From positions 9,791,849 through 9,855,848 of the forward strand of contig JBNZDD010013730.1 of assembly GCA_050575255.1 (NCBI GenBank): 64,000 nucleotides of DNA. Reading direction: 5' to 3'. This DNA is from Harriotta raleighana. Its lineage: Eukaryota. The notes under the pieces were generated by a model, which was not told the origin of the DNA, did no database searches, and saw only the letters and a program-made list of their open reading frames with translations. Both the position numbers and the translations under genes were made by a program. How positions within the stretch are numbered: position 1 is the stretch's first letter; every line of letters starts with the position of its first letter. Positions 1 to 15,308 of the stretch are shown here, piece after piece.

Positions 1-2302
1 GCTTGCTGGAGGAAGTTGTAGTTCTCACTAAGTGGCATCAGGATAATAGAATAGAAGACTATAGTCATCTGAATGAGTCCACAATGACTAAAACCCTTTA
101 TCTCTCAAATTCATTTGGTTGAATCTAGCACTTGTAACAAAATACTGCTTTAAACTACATATTGGCTAACGTTTTATGGATTTTTGAGTTAAAATATTAC
201 TTGAGGGGCTATAGACCTAAGCTCTTGTGTACAATAAAATGGTTACCTTTCAACTTAATGCTGTATAATAGTCATAGTTATTTTGGAATACTTGGGAGAG
301 TTTTATAATACTGGAATAAAAGATCTATTTGTTTTGTGTGCTGTCTTGCATTAAAATAAGTTTGGTTGGTTGAAGAATAAAACAAGTTTTAATTCTCGCT
401 TAATAAAGGCTTTGGTGAGCAGTCGCCCACTGAAGGCATAACATTATCGCCTGCTGCAGAAGTTACCAAAATGGCTGAATCATTTCCAACATTTTAATAA
501 CTTTTTCTGCAAATATATTAAAATTCAAAAACTATCAAGTCAATATCATTTTGGGCTTGAATTACAACTGTAGAACATGTTAATCATTAAGCCGTTTAAT
601 CCTATAGTTCTTGTAAGAATTCAAGTTTTTGAGACTATGAAGCATATAACTAAAGCATATGTTCAGTTTGAAAGGCAGTTTATGTGTGTTTTGAGGAGAG
701 CAATTGAAAGTTTTTTTTAGTTCATTATTCAGTCTTAACTTTTTGTGCTTATTCTGCAAAAACAATAGGTATATAACCTGATTGAGATGTGTCTTTATTT
801 CATCATTAAAATGACTTGTTGCATTTCTGTGGAATATCTGATAGGTTATGAGTTGAGATGATACCCTTAAGAAAAACTCACTAATTTATTTAGCCTGAGA
901 TATTCTTGCTGCTATAGTGATGAGTTGATTATGACTAGGATCTTAAGAAATTGAAGCAGATACTACAATTATTTTATCTTGTAAAATAATAAAGGACAGT
1001 CGACGATGGAACTATGAGGGAATAAAATATTTTGCAATGCTGAGTGTAAGAACGTCATTATTAATCAATGAGGATCTAATAGGTGAACCATAAAGTGACA
1101 ATATGAAACTTGTAACTTGGCAATTGATACCAGCACCCAGATGAAACTGAACACGTGTATGTATAAAGAAACAGAGTTGTTTAGAAAAGAAAGCAAGGTT
1201 GCAGGAAATTGCGCTCGTCGAATGATATTTAAATTTTCTAGAAGTGAGTTGTTTAAACCTCGTGCATATGAGAAGAGAAGGTTGATTCTTCACAAGTACT
1301 GTTATGAACGTAATGACTGTTGCTTGACACTAGTAACACAAGTAGGAGCAGATGCTCTATTAGATTTAGTGTTCTGCAGTCTACCAGGATGGATCAGAAA
1401 CTTGGAAGTGGATGAAGGGCATAGTCAGTGAACGGGTGGATCTGATACAATAGTAAAGCTAAATTGCTGATTAATAATAGAGAACCATGATTTGTCAAAC
1501 ACGCACTGCTTCCTTCTGGTTTAATTTCTTTCATTCGGTAGCCAATAAGCTTCAACTTTTCAAATAATTAAGAATAATGTACAGCAGTATACTTATTAGT
1601 TTCACAAAATTCTACATGCTGGGCATAATAAAATATCAAATAGAAAATGTTTCGAATCTCTGGATGCAGAGAATGTTTGGTAAGATATGCCTGTATTGTC
1701 TGATATCTTTAAAAATTATATTGTTTTTATTATAGCAGGAGGGTGCTTTTTTCCACCTACATTTGCATTTTGTTTGTGTGTTGCAAATAATCATTGGTTT
1801 GTATTTGTGCCAACATTCTCTATTGCAACTTAAAGCATTGACTTTAGATGAAAAGCTAGAGTATATTTATACTTTCAACTGTACAGCTGTTTAGCTCGGG
1901 CAGTTGCTGGTCAATAGTGACATTCCATGTGTCAGTGAACAAATTCTCCTGATACCTAAAGCTGCAGTTCACACATCACCATAGCTCCAACTGTCGAACA
2001 TTTCAATCCCTCAGTGTTTTTTCAGCCTCGAGACTCTCCTGGCTGGCTCATGTTTCATTCTTGGCAATTTGCCCTAATGATATCCCTCAGGAGCCTTCAG
2101 ACCCTGTTTTTTTCCATATTTAATCATGTTATTTTAATCCTGAAGATGAGCAAATTGTAGCATTGTTGTGACCTTTTCTGTGGTTTACCAACTAGGTGTT
2201 TAATATATAGATTTAAATGTGATTAATAGTTTTTAACATATTACTGTGGCTTAATCAATTGATTCTGGAATATATATTAATGTTATGCTTTCTGTCTTCC
2301 AG

Positions 2303-2403
2303 TTAACTGCTTGCGTTCATGCCTCAGCTGCCATGCTTTATCCGATGTTTTGGCAGCATATTTACATCCCAGTGCTCCCTCCCCACCTGCTGGACTATTG
2401 CTG
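2303..2403 (+). CDS. DENND1B: DENND1B exon, DENN domain: [33 protein letters not shown](C)
   Basis: ttccag acceptor, gtaagg donor, 101 nt, phase 0 to 2. Confidence 0.97.
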
Positions 2404-2625
2404 GTAAGGCCACTAATTTTCATACTCTACCTTGGAGCTCCTGCAAGACTCCTTTAAAAGTCTGTGCAAAAACTGACTTCTGTATCTTAACTGGGGCTAT
2501 AATCACCGTGTGAATTTGAGGATTCAGTATTAGGGCTCCTTTGAGCACTCAGTTTTTCTGGATGACCATTTGGAATGTTTTGCGGTTCTGCCAATGTTTT
2601 TATTCCCATTTTCTTTAATAAGAGG

Positions 2626-3165
2626 AACAACAACAAACAACAACAAAATTACATTTATAGAGCGCCTTTCACGTCGGGAGGACATCCCAAGGCACTGAAC
2701 AGTTAGGTCGGGCCCCAAGCATGGAGCGAAGGGTCGGGGTAGAGGCAGGGGGAAGGACAGTAGGAAAGGGGGGAGAGTTAGGAGGGGAGCAGAAGGCACG
2801 GTCGAAGAGGAAGATCTTGAGATCGGCCTTGAAGGAGGAAAGGAAGGAAGCGAGGCAAAGGGATTGTGGGATTCCAGAGTGTGGGGGCAGAGAAGCTGAA
2901 AGCCCAGCCACCGAGGGTAGGGCGGTTCGGACGGGGTACACAATGCAGGCCAGAACCCACTGAATGGAGGGGACGAGCTGGCTGATAGGGAGACAGCAGG
3001 TCAGAGAGATAGGCGCGGGCAAGGACGTGAATAGCCTTGAAAGTGAGGGCGAGGATCTTGAATTTGATCTTCTGGGGGATGGGGAGCCAGTGGAGATGGG
3101 CGAGAGTGAGAGTGATGTGGTCACGGAGCCTAGTGCGGGAGAGTTCACAAGCTGCAGAGTTCTAA
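2626..3165 (-). mobile_element. 5'-truncated L2-type LINE, 3' end with (TTG)n tail
   Basis: GC-rich block with broken RT C-terminal peptides (AFSFSAPTLWN) and tail gacgtgaaaggcgctctataaatgtaattttgttgttg on -. Confidence 0.85.
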
Positions 3166-6149
3166 ATAAGGAAGGAATTGTTGTATGAACAATTCACCTC
3201 GGAGAACTTTTATCTTAATTTGAAAGCCTAATGTAAATTCATTCATTGGCATTTGCACAGTATCAGCTGAATATTTTATTATCCTTTGCACAATGAGATG
3301 AAAATGATTCTTAATGTGACAACTGACCGATATGGGATCGTTTGGCAGAGTTCTGAGTTTTCTGAATCAATGGGTTGCTTTAATTGGAGAAAGGTGAAGT
3401 GCTTTATTTAGATATTCAGATCTGAAAAATAAATTCTATGAAAATCTAATTTGCAAATTAACTGAAATAATCATTGATTTGCTCCAGGGACATCTATCAA
3501 TCCTGATGGTGCATCTTGTTTGTGAATTGTTTGGTGGGTGTGAAATCTCACTTAACTGTTGTGTATTTTTTTTGAAAATTCCAGGAATGCTTATAAAATG
3601 CATCACACAACAACAAAATTACATTTTTAGAGCATCTTTCATGTCGGGAGGACGACAAAACCAGATTGAAAGCTGCTTTCCACTCAAAAGAGCAATTGGA
3701 ATGCACCATTCTTCCTTCTTTTCAATCCCTCTATTGGCTCTAGCCAACTCTCTTCATCAATCACTTGTGAATAATATTATTTCTGTTTTGGAATCAGTTG
3801 TTATCTGTTCAAAGTCTATTATTAATATTTAAATGCAATTTACTGGATCATATTTTGATTGGAAATACTTTATGATCTCAGTACAGAAATGGCAGAATTC
3901 CCAATTCATCTTATTTTAGAAAAAATAATTGTGACTGTTCTCAAAATGTTCTGAATGATGGGCTGACTCCCAGTCCTCAAGTGGATGTTATGTTATGTTA
4001 GCTATGTCATCTTATGATGTTGGAATTATGTATTAGGATATCCATGAAGGAATGCTTGAGATAAGCACAAATTAAAAAAATTCTAGTCCTAGCAATCAAA
4101 TTTATCTGTGATGGTTCATCAGTATTTAGAAATCTGCTACCCTGCAAATAATATTAGAATTATATGTTCACACCAAAACTTTTGCGTGCTAATTTGATAA
4201 TCCATTTTAAACACATTCTGAAGCTAGATTTTACACTGAATTTATCCCTGTGCAAATTGTAAATGGTTTATGTAAACAGTGTGTATTTATCACCTAAATT
4301 GCAGTCAAAGTGACACTTTTGCTATCTGCTTTTAACTACAGATCTTAGTGATTTGAATTGCTTAGTTTGCTTTGCTGTGTGTCGTGCAGCAAATACGTTA
4401 GAATGTAATTGGATATTAGTTTACCTAATACCATGGAGGGAGATGCGAGAGAGAATGCTGTGCAAATGCTGACAGAAATTAGATTTAATTCAATTTATTT
4501 GGGGTTAATAAACCCAAACTGAAAATAACGCATCAACAAGGTATAGTCATGTGGTAATATGGTTTATTGAGTATTGTATGGGACAGATTTTAAAGATAGA
4601 ATATACAACACACAAGTGTGAGCTGAACTAAGTCATTTATTTTTAGCGAGCATTGGATATTTAAATAAACAGTTGCGCTCGTTAATTGCACTGAAAATGT
4701 ATTTATAGTAAGCATTTTGATCCAACAAGTATTTCACAAAGTGTGGTAACCCCATAGACAGACCTTAAAACTATTAAATTACATATATCAATGCACATAT
4801 GGAGTGATTGTATTTAAATTACAGAGTACATTGAGAATGATTTACCAATCTTCAAAACTCATTGAGGCACGGTGCAGTGTTTGGGATTATTTTCCTATTT
4901 CCACAAACAAAGCAATTGCTGACTATTCAAATATTGAGATTTAACAATTAGTGGCTGGAGATTGCATCATGTGCACTTCTAATTGTGGGTGTACAGTACA
5001 GGGAAGAAACAATGGAATCATTCATAAAACTACACTTTAGCTTCAATCGAACATTTTTAATTGAAGATGTACTGAAAAGAATGTTGTCATTCGATAAGGT
5101 CCATTTATCTGATGAATAATACTCATTTATACTTAGTTATAGAAGTAATTGCAAAATCATCTTATTAAAATATTGCATACTCCATTTTTGTGCTTGCAAT
5201 GTCTTATCATTTCACTTGTTCAAATGATTATTGGTTCTGATTCTGGGTAGTTATTAATGCGGAAAAAACAATTATAACATATGAAACTGGATGAAAACGT
5301 GAGTTTGTAGACTAGTAAACAGCAATGTGATAGAAATTAAAACTGAAAAATATACATTAAAACAATCACTTCTTAGTCTTGTGTTGCAATTTTGGAGTTC
5401 AATTTATTGGGGGGCACAGATACTGTTCTAGTACGTGCCTTAAACAATAGTAGCACTTGCTTTAGCCTGATTTTGTGAGATGGGAGCCATTATCTGTCAC
5501 ATAACCAGCTTACCTTGTGCAATGCAATCACAGAAATTTCAATAGGAAATCACATACTTAACTAATAAAATATTTCTTCAGTAATAGCAGGCCTTGTTGC
5601 TGTCTCAATTATAATTTGCATGCCAACGAAACATTACTTCACAATTATTCCTCTTATCAGCAACAAGGTACAGTATTTTGGTGGACAGTATAGTTAAGGT
5701 TCAAGGATCTCTGATTCGTTAAGTTTTTTTTTACGTAGAAATTCCAAGAAAACAAATTTATATAGATTGAGACAATCACATTTTGAATTTTTTACTGCTT
5801 TTTGTTCAGAAATGAATAAAACATACCTACTTTGTTCAGTTCTCCTGCTTGCACACCATTCAAATTGCTTCTTTTCACTGACCCCGATTGTTTTTTCTTC
5901 CCTTGCTTGAAAAGAAGACTATTATCTTTCCCTTGCTGCTGGCTCATAATAACATGACCAATATCAGCACCCTACTACATAAGGAATTACAGCATGAATC
6001 AATGTTCTATTATTATTTGCCTCCAACATAGCATTGCACTGGCCTCTGAACAGTTGTAATTTATTTCTATAATTTTCAGTAGTTGTGTGCTGAACTTAAA
6101 TACTTTTAATGTATAGAATTGACTAATGATTAACTTTTTCTCTCCCCAG

Positions 6150-6195
6150 TGCCCCAATGCCCTATGTGGTTGGAGTTCACTTGAGCTTAATGGAT
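6150..6195 (+). CDS. DENND1B: DENND1B exon: (C)APMPYVVGVHLSLMD
   Basis: ccccag acceptor, gtaagt donor, 46 nt, phase 2 to 0; APMPY DENN motif. Confidence 0.96.
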
Positions 6196-8542
6196 GTAAG
6201 TTAGTAATATTCACTTTTGTTAAAATCCAGTATTTATGTTCATAGGTCATTCCTGTAGGGATTCAACTATGTGAGAAAGATGGAGGTGCAAATATAGTTA
6301 CAATGCTACTTTCTTACAGTAAGCAGAATAATGTATCCTGACGAGTGTTGCTGTTTCATTGATTGTACAATGTTAAGACACTATAAATGTAAGTAACTGA
6401 TTGCAAAACTTTGGCTGTGAGTATATGGATAAATATATAGGATGGGTAAATGGGAATGAAAAAGTAAATCCAGAACAAAACTTTCAAATACACCAATGCA
6501 ACAGAGCAAGAGGACATATGTTCATGTTTGCAATAAGATAGTTTCAGGACAGACTTTATACAGAGTGTAATTAATGACTAAAACAGGTTACAAGGAAAGG
6601 TGGTTAAGGTAGGATCCTGGATTCAATTTAAAATGAACAGCTTGATGCTGTAATGGGAGGAGGACAGCAGGGTGAGTATTCTGAGAGAATGAGATCAAAT
6701 GGTTTGAAGAGAGTTCTTCATTAAGGGCTTTCTTCATCCAGACATCTATCTTGGCTTCTTGTGATTGTCTAGACAATCGGGGTTATTGGTGCAGCAGACG
6801 TGTTGCCTTTGACCGGGTATGCTTTCCCTTATCTAAATTATTAGTGAAAATGTTCAGTCTGTTACAACTTCAACAGACCAACCCTCTCTAGAATTATTGA
6901 TCATACTCTATCCTGTCTATTAAATATGAGCTTGAACCAATACAGATTTAAATGCAAGCTTGTCAACTGCAAAATTTTGTTTAGGCCTTTATATTAGTAT
7001 CAATAATACTTGCATTTGATATCTGTGCTTCACAGAATATACTGTAAAGTGGATTGACTGTATATTAGTGGGCAAAATAAATAGTCTTCACCATGACCTC
7101 ATCAGAGTTTGATCTGTGAAGCACTTTGAGGCGTCTAGAAGACATGTAATGCGCTATATCAAATGTAAGGATTATTATTATCTGAAATTGTTCCATCCAC
7201 AAATGCAGTGAACACAGCAGAGTGGAGACACTATTTCGAAGATATTTTTATTTCTAACCTCATGTATGTAGTTTTATTGAGTATTTGAGTTAGACAATCT
7301 CTCCCTCCACAGAAAGACTTGCAACTGTTTGGTCAGTTCTCACAATTTTTATTTTATATTGAAGCAAACAAGAATTCAGATTGACTATTTATGGAGATCC
7401 ATGAAATGTGATTTGTATCTGCATTAGTCAAGCAGACTGAATGATTTCAAGCTTGTTGTTGAATTAAAAACTGACTCACAATTTGGAATAAATATCCTAA
7501 GTGACTGCCTTGAAATTTTTGTTTGTAAATTATTCAAATGTAATAATGCATTATGAAAAACTACAGCACAAGTAGAAAGAAGAGATAGTAAATACTAGAA
7601 AACAAACTTGAAGTCTGCCAATCATTCGTCCCAGAGATTGTTGTTCAAGTCCCTCATCACAGTTGCCCATTATGTGGAAGTATGCAGTTTATTGGTCTCC
7701 TGCAGAACTATTCTCGGGCTGCATGTTGCTTCTTTCACCATTTATTAACTCCTGAGGGTAAGAGATATGGGAGTAATATGGAGGGGATTGATTTGGAAGG
7801 AGAATATCTTTATGCTTTTTGCAAAGCATGTTTGCCCTTGTGCCCTTTTAGGATATTGAGTTCTTTTCCAACTTCCCCGATACTGACCCAGGATCACAAT
7901 CACACTTTTTTTTCCCACATATCTACAAATGCCATCCATCTCATTAAGCACTTTCTTCTCTCCCTTCATCACCCCTTTTTTTTGATAAGCCTCCTTCATA
8001 AATTAGGTTAACATTTTGGCTTCTCTCTTACTCTCAATTGTACCTTCTTGCTCTTTTTTGTTGGGAATTTTATAATGATTTTTAAAAATGTTTTTAATTG
8101 ATGTCTTTTGAAAATACAATACAAAGAGTTAAATTAATCTCTGTGAGTTGTGACAATGACTTACATGGCTTTGTATAGTCTTTAAACTCTCTTCAGGGAT
8201 GATCTAAAAATTCTCTGACCTGGACCGTGTCACAAATTAACAGGTTGTCATCAATCTACTTGCTTCACCAGTGGCTTAAACTGTTAGACTGTAACTTGAT
8301 AGAATTTTACCTGTGTTTATTATTTCACCATAGACTATTTTATAGAAAGAAAAATTGTAATGTCTGATTGAAAGCAAGATATTTAGTTACTTGTAAAACT
8401 TTCCTGTGGGGAAATTGTGCTGCCTGCTGAAATGGCAACTGGAAATCATTTGTATTCCTTGATTATGAGACCACACACCCTTTATTTAAAAAAATTACAG
8501 ATATGTTCAAAGCGATTTCTTTTATTCTCTCTTGTCAAACAG

Positions 8543-8644
8543 AAAGTGAAGAACAAAGCTCTGGACGATGTTATTATCCTCAATGTAGATACAAACACAC
8601 TGGAATCACCATTTGATGACTTGCACAGCTTACCCAATGAAGTC
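8543..8644 (+). CDS. DENND1B: DENND1B exon: KVKNKALDDVIILNVDTNTLESPFDDLHSLPNEV
   Basis: aaacag acceptor, gtaagt donor, 102 nt, phase 0 to 0. Confidence 0.96.
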
Positions 8645-9443
8645 GTAAGTTTTAATAGAAGTTGATTTTTTTAAACTGGGCGGAGAAAGGGAAGCATTTT
8701 GCTGCGCTAGTCTTGCAATATTAAAACGTGTCCTTTCTGATTCTAAATTGAGCTGAAGGTCTAAGAGAATAACAAAAAATAGTTTTAGTTTTTAAAACAA
8801 GCATTAATTCATCATATTGATACAAATAGAACTACAAAAAGCAGACCTCACAAGATTTTGAGACTGGTTCTGGCTGAAGAGCAGTTTTGAATTGTGTGGC
8901 CGATTGCAAATGAAACCCATGATCAGGAAGCTATCTGCATTCATTAACCATAGCTGCTTAAAATGTAGGAGTCTCTTCATCTTATACTTAATCATTAAAT
9001 TACAAAGTATGCATATCTGTCTGCCTGGTGGCATGTCTTGCTGAAGAACGAGTTGAGTTGTGAAAGGAAGGAGAAGAAGGGGGCCAATTACCAGCTCCTG
9101 TTTTCCTACCACCTGCCAGCTCTTTTTGCTTTAATTAATGATCAAATGGGGCTGGTCAATATAATAAGAAATACTTTTACAGTTGGGGTCACAAAATTCC
9201 TCCTTTGATCTGCTGTATTCTAAAACGTTTGTTTTTGTGATTTTTTAGTTTACTTGTATATTTTAACCATTTTCCTTCCAACTGAGATGATATGAGTGGA
9301 CAACTTGTCATTTGGTTTTCAAATTTTAAATTTGTCTAATGTTGATATTCTGTTATTGAAGACAATTCCAATATAAATTTGCATGACAAATTTCTTTTTA
9401 AAAAGCCTTTTTTTTGTTCATAACATCTGATAATATAGGTACC

Positions 9444-9509
9444 AAGCTAGTGCTTTGATCTTGTGTTGCATTTCCTAAGCTACTGCTTTGATCTTGTGCT
9501 GCATTTCCT
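9444..9509 (+). repeat. 33-bp tandem duplication, 2 copies
   Basis: aagctagtgctttgatcttgtgttgcatttcct / aagctactgctttgatcttgtgctgcatttcct. Confidence 0.9.
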
Positions 9510-12500
9510 AGTTATAAATACTTGGGTGTGGCCAGTGTTTCATGTTTAATTCATGCAAACCACAAATAAATGATCAATACTTATGGAAGTGATATACAAG
9601 AACTAATTTACGATATTCACAACTGCATTTTCTATGTGAATTATAACTTCTGGCTTAAAAATTTCCAGTCTGCTAAACTGTCAAAGTTTGAAAATAACTG
9701 GTGAACAAAACAGTCATTTTCATTATATTTGTTTTTTTTTAAACTTTGACTTCTGATTTGTGATTTGTCAACCACAAATTTCACAAAACACAATTAAGTG
9801 ACAAAAAGGCAATGAAGGCAAACAATTGTGCAAATTAGAACTGAATGTTATGTCAAGATAATTAATAATAAGTGTGGATTACAGGAAATATTTTTATTCT
9901 AGCAAAATTACTAATCTTCCTCTCAAAAAAATCTTAAAATATGATGAGTTGGATTCATGTTAATTTGAGTAAAGCAGTTAGAAAATATGTTTAGCTACAT
10001 GCAAGTTCATGTCCCAATGATTTCAGTCCATATGGAGTCTATTATTAGGTCAGTTTTTGTATTGGTCTCAGTTGTCATAAAGGTCAGTGGGTCACAGTTG
10101 TCCTGAATTACTGAACTGTTTTCATGTAGACGCTCTGCTGTGTTGTGTGCTGTCATCTTTATAATGGTCTCTTGTCAGATATTCACACATAATATTTAAG
10201 ATTTATTGACTATTAGAAATGTTAGCATTGTCGTTAGTGATGTAGCTTCAGAAAATACTATGGACTTCCAGATGGAAAAACAATTGCATTCATTAGCCTT
10301 TTGGGAATCTGTTTATTTATGTTCACATGTACATTGTAGTTGTGTCCGGATAAATTAAAATTGTCCGTATTCTGTTGCTTCATTTTTGTTGGGTTAAGGG
10401 CATGGGTTTCATAACAGTTGTGTTTTAAACCCAATATAAAATAACACATACATTTATGTGCATTATATGCAAGAAGAACAACTCGTGAAAAATGAGAATC
10501 TAGAAATTTCCTATTAGTTCCAGGTTTCTTTAGCTTTCTTGCTCTGCTACTCAGCATTCTCTTGGTTGATAGCTTTTAGCATCCAGGCTGTGGCCTCTCT
10601 GCGGGAAGCAGGCTGTGCCCAACACAGCTTGAAGATAAATAGTTTGCTTCCAGTTTAATTCAAGAATTCTGGTTGCTCAATGGATTGTTAATGCATTTTA
10701 AAAGCAAATTGCTCTTTATTCCTACCACTGGTGCCTTATGTGTTTTGGTACTGTCCATTAAATGAAACGTTTCCAGTTTAGCAGTTATTTTCTGCTGTGT
10801 TTGCTCAATAAGCTTGTGATGAACATAAACATTCATCTGTCAATAACTTTCCTGATGCAGCAAAAATATTAATGCAATAATCTCATATGCCTTTTAAACC
10901 TTCTGACATGGAAGCTTTCCATTCTTGTTAAATTGGTATATACTGATGGATTTGGCCTCCTAGAAATTGAGTCTATATTATGATTTTCTACAATTTATAG
11001 AACATCCATATTGATAAATTTTGCATTTCATGTAATCCCAATAATGTCAGTGTCTTAAAGTACTTCATACAAAATTACTGTCAAGTGAAGTTACTGTGTA
11101 TATGTAGGCAAACATGGCAGCCAATTTGTGCACAGCAAGATCCCATAAACATTCATGAGATGAATATCCAGACTTTTGGCTTGGACCTCTTGAGAAATTC
11201 CCTTCTCTTTTCAAATAGGGTCATGGGATATTTTAGGCTTGACAATGCCAACACTCTGCTTGCTGGATTCCCCCAGCTCTTTTCAACACAGGCTGCAGAC
11301 TACCAAAACTTTGCAGCCAGTGTGCTTCCCCCATTCCAGACTATGCAAATTTGTTTCGTACACTTACAACAACAGTAACAAAAGTACATTTGTATAGTGC
11401 CTTTCATGTCAGGAGACTTAATGTCTAATGTCCATATTGTTAGCGAGGACAGTTTCAAAAAATAAACTTCTGTTTCTAATGGATAAATGCATATAAATTG
11501 TTTCTCATTCAGAAATTGAAAGTAAAGTTTTATAGATTTATCTTGTACTAAAGATCACAAAAATACCTTCAGCCAAAAATTTAACCCAGACATTTTTTTA
11601 AAGATGTCAATATTGTAACTAGATTTTTTTTAAACTAAGAACATAAATATTTATTGTATAATTTCAGCTAAAATTATGAGATTGGATGTACATGAGTCTG
11701 AAATAAAACTACAGAATGTACTGTAAGTGATAATTTTGAAGATTGGTGGCATAAAAAGAAGTCCACTCCACTTATTATTATTTTTGTTCAAATTACACCT
11801 GAAAGCTTTGAATAAATAGAATCTTAATCAGTTTCACATATGATTAAAATGAACTGTCTCAGAAAGCTTTGTGTTCCTTTTCATGGGAACTGAAGTATCA
11901 TCTGCCATGTCATGCAGAGCTGCCAATTGGTGGCACAGCTCTTGAAAACCTGTACAAATCAGGTTGCCTGGGGTTTTAAGATTATAAATAAGTGGACATG
12001 GTAGTATGCACATTTGTAATTATCTGGATAATAGAGAAATATGTGTCCAAATTAACTTGGATCAATTGGCACCTCAAATTCTACCCACTCAAATAGAATG
12101 TTTTTTGTGACGAGGATTCACATGCTGCCTCTGCTGGAATTATTTCAAAGTATAACTACTTTTGTTTTAAAAAAATAATCAATTTAAATTGCTGGAAAAT
12201 TTAGATTTCCATCTTTCAGAACTTCCATTACAAACACCCAGAGCACCCAAGATCTAAGCTTGTTTGAAACCAAGCAAAATAATCAACCATGCTTAGAAAG
12301 CCATATTTTTAATGAATTGAGCTGTCCTGAAAAATAAAGATGTACAGTCCAATACTTGTTTCAAAATTATTTTGATACGGTTGGTTAGAATACATGTTTT
12401 ACCTTTTATTTTCTGTTCCTTAATTGTAGCTGAATTTATGAGGGAAATAAATGAAAGAACACAGTATTTCAAATTTCAAATTGCTTTGGGATTATTTCAT

Positions 12501-12739
12501 TTTGAAACAACAACCATTTGCACTTAATAACTCCTTTCATGTTGGAGAATTCTCGAAGCAGTTCACAAAGATGGATTGGAAGGAGGAAGGAAGGGAAATA
12601 TCACTTGATTCTAATGTAATTGTCTTCCGTTGGTTAGAGTCATTTGTACCCTATCACATTTTGTTGTTTTTGTGACCTTTTGCGGAATATTCGATCCTGT
12701 AAAAGCACTTACTGTATGAGTAATTTCATGTACTTAGTT

Positions 12740-13010
12740 CCCCGATAGTTGAACCAGTTTAACCAATAGCTGAGCCATGCTGATCAAGAAGATTCCCTGG
12801 TCTGAACTGAGTTAGCTGGTCTTAATACATGCACGACTAATGGTTGGGGGCTCAAGTCGGAGAAGAAAAAGGATTATCATTTCTAATCTTGTGACTCATG
12901 CTAAAGATGTGAATTTGGGGATGTTGAATGAGGACAAGATCATATGCTTGCTGTAAAACCTCAAACATCAATGCAGCAACAATAACAAATTGCACTCGTG
13001 TGGCACCCTT
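12740..13010 (+). mobile_element. Degraded ancient SINE (AmnSINE2/Nin-domain-like)
   Basis: tccctggtctgaactgagttagctggtct and tgaggacaagatc motifs; recall only. Confidence 0.35.
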
Positions 13011-14632
13011 CACGCAGGGTAGTGTCTCAGAGTGCTTAATAGTGGCGGAGCCTGATAGACCATTTGGAGGAAAGAACTGGTGTAGGGTCAGTGTGGTTTT
13101 AGATGGGAAGTTAACAAAATAGTGAAAAATAAGGTGATGCTGCACTTTATGTGCTGCTTTTCAAACATCTGCATTTTTTTCTTCTGCAAATGTCCAACAA
13201 TCCAGGCTTTGAACACATTTGGGAAAGTGTACTGTAATATGTTTAAGAGTATGGCTTTTTTTTAAAAAAAAAGCAATTCCCTGGCAATGCCACATAAACA
13301 ATCTGCTCTATGTGTGTTGTTTTCTTTCACTTCTTAGAATTTTTTATTATTGACTGGAATTGAGAGGGTAAATCCAATGATATGCAGAATTAATCTAGTG
13401 CAATGTCAATTAAAAGAGCATGGAGAGTTCATTAGATTTGTATAATATTTAACCTTTCTCACCACAGAGATATAGATTATGTACCTCACAACCTGGTGCT
13501 GAAATTAATTGAAGAAACCTAATGAGCCTTGGTATATGCAGTCACTGTACTAAATGAATTGGACTTCAAGACTTTCATCTGTAGCTATCAAGCCTTGATG
13601 TAAATTGAAAAGATCACAGCTATTGGGAAAAGACCTATATTGTAAAGTCCTTTCTGCATAGATTATGAACATCATAACGCAATGATTTTTCCATAAAAAT
13701 ATGGCTATAATTGGACCCTATGGGGGTCCCTTTCTTTGATCAGATCACAGTAACTGTGACTTTACACTGAAAAATGTCACTGCCGTAAAGGTTTTATCAC
13801 CTGTAGAGCTGGGTTTTCTCTGATGCCTTGTTCTGCACTGGTTATCTTTATTAAGGTGTGATTAATTAGTCATTGAGTTACAATAATAAATGATAGCAGT
13901 GAAAAATAAAATTGAATCCAAATATATATAAGAACAATAGGATAAACTTTAACAATACTGCAACCCCATAATTTGATGCTTTTGAGGTTTTCCACATCAC
14001 AATAATACATTCTTCTTGGAAAGTCAATTGCATAATATTTAAGTCTATTATAGCCATAGCTGTGAGTGTGATTTTTATAATGCCAAAATTGTAGCCTGCA
14101 CTTAAACAGGGGCTATCTTCAATTATGCTTTTCTATTTGCGTGTGAAATAATTCTACGCTTTTCTTAAAAATTGTTGTTGTAAATCATTGAAATTTTATT
14201 ATGCTTGGTGGAACTGATCATGAGTAGTTGACATTTAAAGAGAAATAAAATTATTTGGGAGCTATCTGTTGAATGTTCATGTGAAATTTCCTTCGTCTTA
14301 TTTGGTGTGAGATGTATAAATCCTTTGTTCTGGAGATGATGATGCATGTGGAACAATCCGAATAAGTTTCTTCACAGTTAAATAATTAAAACCCTTGTTA
14401 CCTTAGGAGTCTTTCAGAATCTCAGACAATATATTAGTGTTTTTCCATTAATCGTGTTTTTTTTTGTGGTGCTTAATTGAGCAATGAATACTCAGAAGAA
14501 CAAGGTAAATTTCATTTTTAGAAGACGATCGTTTCAGTGACTTGGGAATCTGTGCATAGCTTCAGTGAAGGGTCTTCACTAATTTTTATTGTACTTGGTA
14601 TGAGTTTCAACTTTTTCTCACTTGTTATTTAG

Positions 14633-14758
14633 ATCTCGACCCTGAAAAATAAGCTGAAGAAACAGTCTACAGCTACAGGAGATGGAGTAGCCAGAGCTTT
14701 TCTCAAGGCACAGGCAGCTCTGTTTGGTTCCTACAGGGATTCACTTCGATATAAACCT
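14633..14758 (+). CDS. DENND1B: DENND1B exon: ISTLKNKLKKQSTATGDGVARAFLKAQAALFGSYRDSLRYKP
   Basis: atttag acceptor, gtgagt donor, 126 nt. Confidence 0.96.
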
Positions 14759-14807
14759 GTGAGTATTTATTTTAATCTCCCAACTGTTTCATACATTTGT
14801 AGGATTT

Positions 14808-14930
14808 ATAGCAATCTTTGCATTCGATGCAGCACCTTATCCTGTCTTCTAGTCGTCTCAAGGTGCTTCACAGAATATACTATAAAGTGAATTAGAGTGT
14901 ATAGTTTGGAGGTAAAATGCAGCAGCCAGC
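14808..14930 (-). mobile_element. SINE 3' tail fragment (similar tails near 7001-7075 -, 7112-7180 +, 18225-18360 -, 21210-21320 -, 54930-55040 +, 60120-60235 +)
   Basis: Shared gtctcaaagtgcttcacagaatatactgtaaagtga core. Confidence 0.75.
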
Positions 14931-15308
14931 CACATCCAGAAGTATCCAGTTGTAGATTAAGTGGCCACATTTTTTTGACGGGGTTAATATCTGAGCTCTT
15001 ACCTACTGCTACGTAAACTGGTGTGTGAAGTAACAAAACTTGCATCTTGGAGTGCTTCCCTTATAAAAGCTCCAGCATTGAAGCCAGGCAAAACTGAAGC
15101 AGTTGCTCCAATATTGCTTAGCATTAAGATTGCCTAGCTTTAACCTCCCACAATTTTGTCAAACTTTGTGTTTCCCTCTACATCCAATCTTAAGTTATCA
15201 AGACGTGTCTTTTCTATAAGAAGCAACACTGCACAACTTGCCAGTGTAGGATAACAAATTTAATTAGAAGTCATTCTTTAAATGAAATTCTTCTTCAAAC
15301 ATCATTTG

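Noticed and set aside
2530-3188. Cluster of overlapping ORFs (also 27840-28992 and 61816-62227)
   Set aside because: Frameshifted L2 LINE remnants and their antisense frames, not genes
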